Positions 1-14,400 of a DNA stretch of 53,144 bases are shown here, one piece after another. The notes beneath the pieces are model-generated. The model was not told the origin of the DNA, did not search any database, and saw only the letters and a program-made list of their open reading frames with translations. The stretch covers positions 1 to 53,144 of the forward strand of contig JAUCBJ010001094.1 of assembly GCA_032718475.1 (NCBI GenBank). Direction: 5' to 3'. Within the stretch, counting starts at the first letter, position 1. Each line of letters starts with the position of its first letter. Position numbers and translations under genes: made by a program. Source of the DNA: Nemertoderma westbladi. Lineage: Eukaryota > Animalia > Xenacoelomorpha.

Positions 1-1890
1 TGAACAGGCAGTACTCTGTTAATCTACAGGAGCTAATAAACCAACAGGTTGATGCCATCAATGATGCTGACGACAGCAGGCAATCATCCCAGGCATGGAA
101 ATCGATCAATCTGCTTACTGGGCGGAAAAGCCAACCAACCACCAAGGTTAAGGCTGAATCACCAGCCGATCGCCTCAATGGTTGGAAAGCCCACTTTGAA
201 AAGCTCCTCAATAATGACAGGGTATTGCCTGATAACTTTATAGAAGTAAAAGTGTCTGAGTCTGTACTCCCAGATATTCCCATTGGCGATATCTCCTTTG
301 CAGAAGTGAAGGCTGCTGCAAAGAGCATTAAGACCAATCGTGCCAGTGGAGTAGATGGTGTTCCCCCTGAGGTCTTTAAAATACCTGAGTGTTTAAAGCT
401 CATCTATCCCATCATAGTAGACATGTACCGTACAACAAGAGTCCCACAAGAAATGAAAACAAATAAGTTGGTGCCAGTTCCCAAGAAGGGCAACCTAACA
501 CTCTATGGTTCTTTTCGGGGAATCTCATTGATCTCGATTGCTGCAAAACTATACAATAGAATTCTATTAAATCGCATCAGGGATCCCATTGAGAGACTGC
601 TACGTGGAAATCAGAATGGGTTCCGTAAAGGTCGTGGGACCATGGAGCCCATTTTGGCACTTAGAAGGATAATTGAAGAGTTATCAAAAAAGAAAGACAG
701 GCATCTGGCTGTTATCTTTGTTGACTTCTTCAAGGCCTTTGATTCAGTCTCTCGCTCACGTATGTTCAGCATACTTTCATTATATGGGATTCCTGATGAA
801 ATTATTGCAGCAATCAGATCAGTATACGATGGTTCGACAACATTTGTGTCTACTGTTGACGGTGACACAGAACCATTTGAAGTGTTATGGGGCGTCCTCC
901 AAGGAGACACACTTGCACCATTCTTGTTCATTATTGTGGTTGACTATGTTCTACGCATGTCCTTAGATCATCATAATGATGATGGGGTGATGATAACTCC
1001 ACCTACTGGCTCCAGAAGTCGAGGAAATCCTGCCAAGTACCTAACTGATCTAGACTTTGCTGATGACTTAGGAGTACTCTCAGAATCATTAGAGGGAGCC
1101 CAGCGGCTCCTCAGCTCATTAGAACATGCTGCTTCTAGTGTTGGTCTTTTTATTAACTCCAGAAAGACCAAAATTCTGACAGTTAACTTTGAAAGTCCTC
1201 AGCAAGTCTCTGATCGGATGAGCATAAGCTCAAAGGATGGTATGCTTGAGCATGTGGACGACTTCTGTTACCTGGGATCATGGATCCGGAAGTCAGGTGA
1301 GGACCTTCGAATACGTAAGGGAAAGGCATGGGCAGCCTTGAATAGGCTTTCCAGGATTTGGAAGTCACCTAGAATTAATCGGAAACTTAAGGTCCGATTA
1401 TTTAGAGCAGCAGTAGTTCCAGTACTCCTCTACGGGAGTCCATGCTGGGCTCTAACTGCTGAGGACACCAAATCTCTGGATGGCACATTCACAAGAATGC
1501 TACGCCGGGTACATTGTGTCAAGTACAATGCACACATCTCCAACCAGACACTATATAACATTGGAGGTGTCTCATTGGTTCCCCCAAGCTTGACACTAGA
1601 ACAAAATCGCCTCCGCTTTGCAGGACATTGCTTTCGCCGTGAGGACCAGCCAGTGCATAATCTTGTACTTTGGCAGCCTCATGGAGTGAATAAGCATGGT
1701 GGACAGCCCATGACTTTCTTGAGACGCATCTTGAAGGACACTGGCCTTAAAGATGCGGATGATCTAGCAAATGTCATGGGTGATAGGGAGTTGTGGCGGT
1801 GCAATTTTGTTGACAAGCCGGCACAGCATTCTTAAAAATGCAGCTGCAATGCAGCATGCCGATCCTAGTAGTAGTAGTAGTAGTAGTAGT
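1..1890 (+). mobile_element. RTE-clade-like non-LTR retrotransposon, 3' part (5' end outside window), ending in a (TAG)n tail
   Basis: RT ORF, ~30-bp 3' UTR, then (TAG)8 at 1866-1890. A short UTR plus short-tandem-repeat tail is typical of RTE elements. Confidence 0.9.
3..1835 (+). CDS. Reverse transcriptase (RTE-like ORF, partial at 5' end)
   Basis: The frame is open from base 3 (NRQYSVNLQ...WKAHFEKLLN), upstream of the track's TTG start at 225. RT motifs: KKGN..FRGISL, QNGFRKGR, FVDFFKAFDSV, GVLQGDTLAPFLF, DLDFADDL, FCYLGS, and the RTE-type C-terminal RLRFAGHCFR. No stops or frameshifts. Confidence 0.93.
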   Translation, partial: NRQYSVNLQELINQQVDAINDADDSRQSSQAWKSINLLTGRKSQPTTKVKAESPADRLNGWKAHFEKLLNNDRVLPDNFIEVKVSESVLPDIPIGDISFAEVKAAAKSIKTNRASGVDGVPPEVFKIPECLKLIYPIIVDMYRTTRVPQEMKTNKLVPVPKKGNLTLYGSFRGISLISIAAKLYNRILLNRIRDPIERLLRGNQNGFRKGRGTMEPILALRRIIEELSKKKDRHLAVIFVDFFKAFDSVSRSRMFSILSLYGIPDEIIAAIRSVYDGSTTFVSTVDGDTEPFEVLWGVLQGDTLAPFLFIIVVDYVLRMSLDHHNDDGVMITPPTGSRSRGNPAKYLTDLDFADDLGVLSESLEGAQRLLSSLEHAASSVGLFINSRKTKILTVNFESPQQVSDRMSISSKDGMLEHVDDFCYLGSWIRKSGEDLRIRKGKAWAALNRLSRIWKSPRINRKLKVRLFRAAVVPVLLYGSPCWALTAEDTKSLDGTFTRMLRRVHCVKYNAHISNQTLYNIGGVSLVPPSLTLEQNRLRFAGHCFRREDQPVHNLVLWQPHGVNKHGGQPMTFLRRILKDTGLKDADDLANVMGDRELWRCNFVDKPAQHS

Positions 1891-2419
1891 TTACTTATAA
1901 TAGAACTGAAATTCATAAACAATGAACTCTGATAAAAAAAATCAGATCAGCAATTTAATTAGTTTTAGGGGAAATCATTATTGCACATGTATTATTATTA
2001 TTATTAAACAACATTATTTATCAATTGTACTATTAATCATATAAGACAATGTACTACACATTAGAGGTTAAAATATTGTATCAATGTACAACATAGCTAC
2101 ACACTCATGTGACTGCACGATACGTTACACAAGTAACACATTAATCAAAAATTATATATATTCAAATCTGAAACTAAAATACGCCAAAAATACATACAAG
2201 CGCGGCGAATAGAAACTTAAATTACCATAAAACATGTTCAACTAACAATTCATAAAAGGCCTACTGCACAAAGTCGAGTTATCTAAATTTACTGTAATAT
2301 TATCCATTTCACTGATGCTAAGTAATAAAATTAAAAATAATTCCTTTACTTTTTACAAAATATTATTTTGAATAATGTTGTCTATTTTGTTGCCAATTTG
2401 AAGTGGATCTACATTTATA

Positions 2420-5400
2420 TACTAATACTAATACATAGGGACTACTAACCACGGTACACTAATAATAATACATAGGGACTACTAACCACGGTACACTAAT
2501 ACTAATACAAAGGGACTACTAACCACGGTACACTAATACTAATACAAAGGGACTACTAACCACGGTACACTAATACTAATACAAAGGGACTACTAACCAC
2601 GGTACACTAATACTAATACAAAGGGACTACTAACCACGGTACACTAATACTAATACAAAGGGACTACTAACCACGGTACACTAATACTAATACAAAGGGA
2701 CTACTAACCACGGTACACTAATACTAATACAAAGGGACTACTAACCACGGTACACTAATACTAATACAAAGGGACTACTAACCACGGTACACTAATACTA
2801 ATACAAAGGGACTACTAACCACGGTACACTAATACTAATACAAAGGGACTACTAACCACGGTACACTAATACTAATACAAAGGGACTACTAACCACGGTA
2901 CACTAATACTAATACAAAGGGACTACTAACCACGGTACACTAATACTAATACAAAGGGAATCGACTACTAACCACGGTACACTAATACTAATACAAAGGG
3001 ACTACTAACCACGGTACACTAATACTAATACAAAGGGACTACTAACCACGGTACACTAATACTAATACAAAGGGACTACTAACCACGGTACACTAATACT
3101 AATACAAAGGGACTACTAACCACGGTACACTAATACTAATACAAAGGGACTACTAACCACGGTACACTAATACTAATACAAAGGGACTACTAACCACGGT
3201 ACACTAATACTAATACAAAGGGACTACTAACCACGGTACACTAATACTAATACAAAGGGACTACTAACCACGGTACACTAATACTAATACAAAGGGACTA
3301 CTAACCACGGTACACTAATACTAATACAAAGGGACTACTAACCACGGTACACTAATACTAATACAAAGGGACTACTAACCACGGTACACTAATACTAATA
3401 CAAAGGGAATCGACTACTAACCACGGTACACTAATACTAATACAAAGGGACTACTAACCACGGTACACTAATACTAATACAAAGGGACTACTAACCACGG
3501 TACACTAATACTAATACAAAGGGACTACTAACCACGGTACACTAATACTAATACAAAGGGAATCGACTACTAACCACGGTACACTAATACTAATACATAG
3601 GGACTACTAACCACGGTACACTAATACTAATACATAGGGACTACTAACCACGGTACACTAATAATAATACAAAGGGACTACTAACCACGGTACACTAATA
3701 CTAATACAAAGGGACTACTAACCACGGTACACTAATACTAATACAAAGGGACTACTAACCACGGTACACTAATACTAATACAAAGGGAATCGACTACTAA
3801 CCACGGTACACTAATAATAATACAAAGGGACTACTAACCACGGTACACTAATACTAATACAAAGGGACTACTAACCACGGTACACTAATACTAATACAAA
3901 GGGACTACTAACCACGGTACACTAATACTAATACAAAGGGACTACTAACCACGGTACACTAATACTAATACAAAGGGACTACTAACCACGGTACACTAAT
4001 ACTAATACAAAGGGAATCGACTACTAACCACGGTACACTATACTACAGTAATACAAAGGGACTACTAACCACGGTACACTAATACTAATACAAAGGGACT
4101 ACTAACCACGGTACACTAATACTAATACAAAGGGACTACTAACCACGGTACACTAATACTAATACAAAGGGAATCGACTACTAACCACGGTACACTAATA
4201 ATAATACAAAGGGACTACTAACCACGGTACACTAATACTAATACAAAGGGACTACTAACCACGGTACACTAATAATAATACAAAGGGACTACTAACCACG
4301 GTACACTAATACTAATACAAAGGGACTACTAACCACGGTACACTAATACTAATACAAAGGGACTACTAACCACGTTACACTAATAATAATACAAAGGGAC
4401 TACTAACCACGGTACACTAATACTAATACAAAGGGACTACTAACCACGGTACACTAATAATAATACAAAGGGACTACTAACCACGGTACACTAATAATAA
4501 TACAAAGGGACTACTAACCACGGTACACTAATACTAATACAAAGGGACTACTAACCACGGTACACTAATAATAATACAAAGGGACTACTAACCACGGTAC
4601 ACTAATAATAATACAAAGGGACTACTAACCACGGTACACTAATACTAATACAAAGGGACTACTAACCACGGTACACTAATAATAATACAAAGGGACTACT
4701 AACCACGGTACACTAATACTAATACAAAGGGACTACTAACCACGGTACACTAATACTAATACAAAGGGACTACTGACCACGGTACACTAATACTAATACA
4801 AAGGGACTACTAACCACGGTACACTAATAATAATACAAAGGGACTACTAACCACGGTACACTAATAATAATACATAGGGACTACTAACCACGGTACACTA
4901 ATAATAATACAAAGGGACTACTAACCACGGTACACTAATAATAATACATAGGGACTACTAACCACGGTACACTAATACTAATACAAAGGGACTACTAACC
5001 ACGGTACACTAATAATAATACAAAGGGACTACTAACCACGGTACACTAATAATAATACATAGGGACTACTAACCACGGTACACTAATAATAATACAAAGG
5101 GACTACTAACCACGGTACACTAATAATAATACAAAGGGACTACTAACCACGGTACACTAATAATAATACATAGGGACTACTAACCACGGTACACTAATAC
5201 TAATACAAAGGGACTACTAACCACGGTACACTAATAATAATACAAAGGGACTACTAACCACGGTACACTAATACTAATACAAAGGGACTACTAACCACGG
5301 TACACTAATACTAATACAAAGGAACTACTAACCACGGTACACTAATACTAATACAAAGGGACTACTAACCACGGTACACTAATACTAATACAAAGGGACT

Positions 5401-8400
5401 ACTAACCACGGTACACTAATAATAATACAAAGGGACTACTAACCACGGTACACTAATACTAATACAAAGGGACTACTAACCACGGTACACTAATACTAAT
5501 ACAAAGGGACTACTGACCACGGTACACTAATAATAATACAAAGGGACTACTAACCACGGTACACTAATAATAATACATAGGGACTACTAACCACGGTACA
5601 CTAATACTAATACAAAGGGACTACTAACCACGGTACACTAATAATAATACAAAGGGACTACTAACCATGGTACACTAATACTAATACAAAGGGACTACTA
5701 ACCACGGTACACTAATACTAATACAAAGGGACTACTAACCACGGTACACTAATACTAATACAAAGGGACTACTAACCACGGTACACTAATACTAATACAT
5801 AGGGACTACTAACCACGGTACACTAATACTAATACAAAGGGACTACTAACCACGGTACACTAATACTAATACAAAGGGACTACTAACCATGGTACACTAA
5901 TACTAATACAAAGGGACTACTAACCACGGTACACTAATACTAATACAAAGGGACTACTAACCACGGTACACTAATACTAATACAAAGGGACTACTAACCA
6001 CGGTACACTAATACTAATACAAAGGGACTACTAACCACGGTACACTAATACTAATACATAGGGACTACTAACCACGGTACACTAATAATAATACATAGGG
6101 ACTACTAACCACGGTACACTAATACTAATACAAAGGGACTAATAAGGCTCGCTACACTAATACTAATACAAAGGGACTACTAACCACGGTACACTAATAC
6201 TAATACAAAGGGACTACTAACCACGGTACACTAATACTAATACAAAGGGACTACTAACCACGGTACACTAATACTAATACAAAGGGACTACTAACCACGG
6301 TACACTAATACTAATACAAAGGGACTACTAACCACGGTACACTAATACTAATACAAAGGGACTACTAACCACGGTACACTAATACTAATACAAAGGGACT
6401 ACTAACCACGGTACACTAATACTAATACATAGGGACTACTAACCACGGTACACTAATAATAATACAAAGGGACTACTAACCACGGTACACTAATACTAAT
6501 ACATAGGGACTACTAACCACGGTACACTAATACTAATACATAGGGACTACTAACCACGGTACACTAATAATAATACAAAGGGACTACTAACCACGGTACA
6601 CTAATACTAATACAAAGGGACTACTAACCACGGTACACTAATACTAATACAAAGGGACTACTAACCACGGTACACTAATACTAATACAAAGGGACTACTA
6701 ACCACGGTACACTAATACTAATACATAGGGACTACTAACCACGGTACACTAATACTAATACAAAGGGACTACTAACCATGGTACACTAATACTAATACAA
6801 AGGGACTACTAACCACGGTACACTAATACTAATACAAAGGGAATCGACTACTAACCACGGTACACTAATACTAATACAAAGGGACTACTAACCACGGTAC
6901 ACTAATAATAATACAAAGGGACTACTAACCACGGTACACTAATAATAATACAAAGGGACTACTAACCACGGTACACTAATACTAATACAAAGGGACTACT
7001 AACCACGGTACACTAATAATAATACAAAGGGACTACTAACCACGGTACACTAATACTAATACAAAGGGACTACTAACCACGGTACACTAATACTAATACA
7101 AAGGGACTACTAACCACGGTACACTAATACTAATACAAAGGGACTATTAACCACGGTACACTAATACTAATACAAAGGGACTACTAACCACGGTACACTA
7201 ATAATAATACAAAGGGACTACTAACCACGGTACACTAATAATAATACATAGGGACTACTAACCACGGTACACTAATACTAATACAAAGGGACTACTAACC
7301 ACGGTACACTAATACTAATACAAAGGGACTACTAACCATGGTACACTAATACTAATACAAAGGGACTACTAACCACGGTACACTAATACTAATACAAAGG
7401 GACTACTAACCACGGTACACTAATACTAATACAAAGGGACTACTAACCACGGTACACTAATAATAATACAAAGGGACTACTAACCACGGTACACTAATAC
7501 TAATACAAAGGGACTACTAACCACGGTACACTAATACTAATACAAAGGGACTACTAACCACGGTACACTAATACTAATACAAAGGGACTACTAACCACGG
7601 TACACTAATACTAATACAAAGGGACTACTAACCACGGTACACTAATACTAATACAAAGGGACTACTAACCACGGTACACTAATACTAATACAAAGGGACT
7701 ACTAACCATGGTACACTAATACTAATACAAAGGGACTACTAACCACGGTACACTAATACTAATACAAAGGGACTACTAACCATGGTACACTAATACTAAT
7801 ACAAAGGGACTACTAACCACGGTACACTAATACTAATACAAAGGGAATCGACTACTAACCACGGTACACTAATACTAATACAAAGGGACTACTAACCATG
7901 GTACACTAATACTAATACAAAGGGACTACTAACCACGGTACACTAATACTAATACAAAGGGACTACTAACCATGGTACACTAATACTAATACAAAGGGAC
8001 TACTAACCACGGTACACTAATACTAATACAAAGGGACTACTAACCACGGTACACTAATACTAATACAAAGGGACTACTAACCACGGTACACTAATAATAA
8101 TACAAAGGGACTACTAACCACGGTACACTAATACTAATACAAAGGGACTACTAACCACGGTACACTAATAATAATACAAAGGGACTACTAACCACGGTAC
8201 ACTAATACTAATACAAAGGGACTACTAACCACGGTACACTAATACTAATACAAAGGGACTACTAACCACGGTACACTAATACTAATACAAAGGGACTACT
8301 AACCACGGTACACTAATACTAATACAAAGGGACTACTAACCACGGTACACTAATAATAATACAAAGGGACTACTAACCACGGTACACTAATAATAATACA

Positions 8401-11400
8401 AAGGGACTACTAACCACGGTACACTAATACTAATACAAAGGGACTACTAACCACGGTACACTAATAATAATACAAAGGGACTACTAACCACGGTACACTA
8501 ATACTAATACAAAGGGACTACTAACCACGGTACACTAATACTAATACAAAGGGACTACTAACCACGGTACACTAATACTAATACAAAGGGACTACTAACC
8601 ACGGTACACTAATACTAATACAAAGGGACTACTAACCACGGTACACTAATACTAATACAAAGGGACTACTAACCACGGTACACTAATACTAATACAAAGG
8701 GACTACTAACCACGGTACACTAATACTAATACAAAGGGACTACTAACCACGGTACACTAATACTAATACAAAGGGACTACTAACCACGGTACACTAATAC
8801 TAATACAAAGGGACTACTAACCACGGTACACTAATACTAATACAAAGGGACTACTAACCACGGTACACTAATACTAATACAAAGGGACTACTAACCACGG
8901 TACACTAATACTAATACAAAGGGACTACTAACCACGGTACACTAATACTAATACAAAGGGACTACTAACCACGGTACACTAATACTAATACAAAGGGACT
9001 ACTAACCACGGTACACTAATACTAATACAAAGGGACTACTAACCACGGTACACTAATACTAATACAAAGGGACTACTAACCACGGTACACTAATACTAAT
9101 ACAAAGGGACTACTAACCACGGTACACTAATACTAATACAAAGGGACTACTAACCACGGTACACTAATACTAATACAAAGGGACTACTAACCACGGTACA
9201 CTAATACTAATACAAAGGGACTACTAACCACGGTACACTAATACTAATACAAAGGGACTACTAACCACGGTACACTAATACTAATACAAAGGGACTACTA
9301 ACCACGGTACACTAATACTAATACAAAGGGACTACTAACCACGGTACACTAATACTAATACAAAGGGACTACTAACCACGGTACACTAATACTAATACAA
9401 AGGGACTACTAACCACGGTACACTAATACTAATACAAAGGGACTACTAACCACGGTACACTAATACTAATACAAAGGGACTACTAACCACGGTACACTAA
9501 TACTAATACAAAGGGACTACTAACCACGGTACACTAATACTAATACAAAGGGACTACTAACCACGGTACACTAATACTAATACAAAGGGACTACTAACCA
9601 CGGTACACTAATACTAATACAAAGGGACTACTAACCACGGTACACTAATACTAATACAAAGGGACTACTAACCACGGTACACTAATACTAATACAAAGGG
9701 ACTACTAACCACGGTACACTAATACTAATACAAAGGGACTACTAACCACGGTACACTAATACTAATACAAAGGGACTACTAACCACGGTACACTAATACT
9801 AATACAAAGGGACTACTAACCACGGTACACTAATACTAATACAAAGGGACTACTAACCACGGTACACTAATACTAATACAAAGGGACTACTAACCACGGT
9901 ACACTAATACTAATACAAAGGGACTACTAACCACGGTACACTAATACTAATACAAAGGGACTACTAACCACGGTACACTAATACTAATACAAAGGGACTA
10001 CTAACCACGGTACACTAATACTAATACAAAGGGACTACTAACCACGGTACACTAATACTAATACAAAGGGACTACTAACCACGGTACACTAATACTAATA
10101 CAAAGGGACTACTAACCACGGTACACTAATACTAATACAAAGGGACTACTAACCACGGTACACTAATACTAATACAAAGGGACTACTAACCACGGTACAC
10201 TAATACTAATACAAAGGGACTACTAACCACGGTACACTAATACTAATACAAAGGGACTACTAACCACGGTACACTAATACTAATACAAAGGGACTACTAA
10301 CCACGGTACACTAATACTAATACAAAGGGACTACTAACCACGGTACACTAATACTAATACAAAGGGACTACTAACCACGGTACACTAATACTAATACAAA
10401 GGGACTACTAACCACGGTACACTAATACTAATACAAAGGGACTACTAACCACGGTACACTAATACTAATACAAAGGGACTACTAACCACGGTACACTAAT
10501 ACTAATACAAAGGGACTACTAACCACGGTACACTAATACTAATACAAAGGGACTACTAACCACGGTACACTAATACTAATACAAAGGGACTACTAACCAC
10601 GGTACACTAATACTAATACAAAGGGACTACTAACCACGGTACACTAATACTAATACAAAGGGACTACTAACCACGGTACACTAATACTAATACAAAGGGA
10701 CTACTAACCACGGTACACTAATACTAATACAAAGGGACTACTAACCACGGTACACTAATACTAATACAAAGGGACTACTAACCACGGTACACTAATACTA
10801 ATACAAAGGGACTACTAACCACGGTACACTAATACTAATACAAAGGGACTACTAACCACGGTACACTAATACTAATACAAAGGGACTACTAACCACGGTA
10901 CACTAATACTAATACAAAGGGACTACTAACCACGGTACACTAATACTAATACAAAGGGACTACTAACCACGGTACACTAATACTAATACAAAGGGACTAC
11001 TAACCACGGTACACTAATACTAATACAAAGGGACTACTAACCACGGTACACTAATACTAATACAAAGGGACTACTAACCACGGTACACTAATACTAATAC
11101 AAAGGGACTACTAACCACGGTACACTAATACTAATACAAAGGGACTACTAACCACGGTACACTAATACTAATACAAAGGGACTACTAACCACGGTACACT
11201 AATACTAATACAAAGGGACTACTAACCACGGTACACTAATACTAATACAAAGGGACTACTAACCACGGTACACTAATACTAATACAAAGGGACTACTAAC
11301 CACGGTACACTAATACTAATACAAAGGGACTACTAACCACGGTACACTAATACTAATACAAAGGGACTACTAACCACGGTACACTAATACTAATACAAAG

Positions 11401-14400
11401 GGACTACTAACCACGGTACACTAATACTAATACAAAGGGACTACTAACCACGGTACACTAATACTAATACAAAGGGACTACTAACCACGGTACACTAATA
11501 CTAATACAAAGGGACTACTAACCACGGTACACTAATAATAATACAAAGGGACTACTAACCACGGTACACTAATACTAATACAAAGGGACTACTAACCACG
11601 GTACACTAATAATAATACAAAGGGACTACTAACCACGGTACACTAATAATAATACAAAGGGACTACTAACCACGGTACACTAATACTAATACAAAGGGAC
11701 TACTAACCACGGTACACTAATAATAATACAAAGGGACTACTAACCACGGTACACTAATAATAATACATAGGGACTACTAACCACGGTACACTAATAATAA
11801 TACAAAGGGACTACTAACCACGGTACACTAATACTAATACAAAGGGACTACTAACCACGGTACACTAATACTAATACAAAGGGACTACTAACCACGGTAC
11901 ACTAATACTAATACAAAGGGACTACTAACCACGGTACACTAATACTAATACAAAGGGACTACTGACCACGGTACACTAATACTAATACAAAGGGACTACT
12001 AACCACGGTACACTAATACTAATACAAAGGGACTACTAACCACGGTACACTAATAATAATACAAAGGGACTACTAACCACGGTACACTAATACTAATACA
12101 TAGGGACTACTAACCACGGTACACTAATAATAATACAAAGGGACTACTAACCACGGTACACTAATAATAATACATAGGGACTACTAACCACGGTACACTA
12201 ATACTAATACAAAGGGACTACTAACCACGGTACACTAATACTAATACAAAGGGACTACTAACCACGGTACACTAATACTAATACAAAGGGACTACTAACC
12301 ACGGTACACTAATACTAATACAAAGGGACTACTAACCACGGTACACTAATACTAATACAAAGGGACTACTAACCACGGTACACTAATACTAATACAAAGG
12401 GACTACTAACCACGGTACACTAATACTAATACAAAGGGACTACTAACCACGGTACACTAATACTAATACATAGGGACTACTAACCACGGTACACTAATAA
12501 TAATACAAAGGGACTACTAACCACGGTACACTAATACTAATACAAAGGGACTACTAACCACGGTACACTAATACTAATACAAAGGGACTACTAACCACGG
12601 TACACTAATACTAATACATAGGGACTACTAACCACGGTACACTAATACTAATACAAAGGGACTACTAACCACGGTACACTAATAATAATACAAAGGGACT
12701 ACTGACCACGGTACACTAATACTAATACAAAGGGACTACTGACCACGGTACACTAATACTAATACAAAGGGAATCGACTACTAACCACGGTACACTAATA
12801 CTAATACAAAGGGACTACTAACCACGGTACACTAATACTAATACAAAGGGACTACTGACCACGGTACACTAATACTAATACAAAGGGACTACTAACCACG
12901 GTACACTAATAATAATACAAAGGGACTACTAACCACGGTACACTAATAATAATACATAGGGACTACTAACCACGGTACACTAATAATAATACAAAGGGAC
13001 TACTAACCACGGTACACTAATAATAATACATAGGGACTACTAACCACGGTACACTAATACTAATACAAAGGGACTACTAACCACGGTACACTAATAATAA
13101 TACAAAGGGACTACTAACCACGGTACACTAATAATAATACATAGGGACTACTAACCACGGTACACTAATAATAATACAAAGGGACTACTAACCACGGTAC
13201 ACTAATAATAATACAAAGGGACTACTAACCACGGTACACTAATAATAATACATAGGGACTACTAACCACGGTACACTAATACTAATACAAAGGGACTACT
13301 AACCACGGTACACTAATAATAATACAAAGGGACTACTAACCACGGTACACTAATACTAATACAAAGGGACTACTAACCACGGTACACTAATACTAATACA
13401 AAGGAACTACTAACCACGGTACACTAATACTAATACAAAGGGACTACTAACCACGGTACACTAATACTAATACAAAGGGACTACTAACCACGGTACACTA
13501 ATAATAATACAAAGGGACTACTAACCACGGTACACTAATAATAATACATAGGGACTACTAACCACGGTACACTAATACTAATACAAAGGGACTACTAACC
13601 ACGGTACACTAATACTAATACAAAGGGACTACTAACCACGGTACACTAATACTAATACAAAGGGACTACTAACCACGGTACACTAATACTAATACAAAGG
13701 GACTACTAACCACGGTACACTAATACTAATACAAAGGGACTACTAACCACGGTACACTAATACTAATACAAAGGGACTACTAACCACGGTACACTAATAC
13801 TAATACAAAGGGAATCGACTACTAACCACGGTACACTAATACTAATACAAAGGGACTACTAACCACGGTACACTAATAATAATACAAAGGGACTACTAAC
13901 CACGGTACACTAATACTAATACAAAGGGACTACTAACCATGGTACACTAATACTAATACAAAGGGACTACTAACCACGGTACACTAATAATAATACAAAG
14001 GGACTACTAACCACGGTACACTAATAATAATACATAGGGACTACTAACCACGGTACACTAATAATAATACAAAGGGACTACTAACCACGGTACACTAATA
14101 ATAATACAAAGGGACTACTAACCACGGTACACTAATAATAATACATAGGGACTACTAACCACGGTACACTAATACTAATACAAAGGGACTACTAACCACG
14201 GTACACTAATACTAATACAAAGGGACTACTGACCACGGTACACTAATACTAATACAAAGGGACTACTAACCACGGTACACTAATAATAATACAAAGGGAC
14301 TACTAACCACGGTACACTAATAATAATACATAGGGACTACTAACCACGGTACACTAATAATAATACAAAGGGACTACTAACCACGGTACACTAATAATAA

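Noticed and set aside
611-1368. Short antisense or alternate-frame ORFs over the RT, LINE, piggyBac and snail exons
   Set aside because: Shadow ORFs of real coding sequence with no recognisable motifs.
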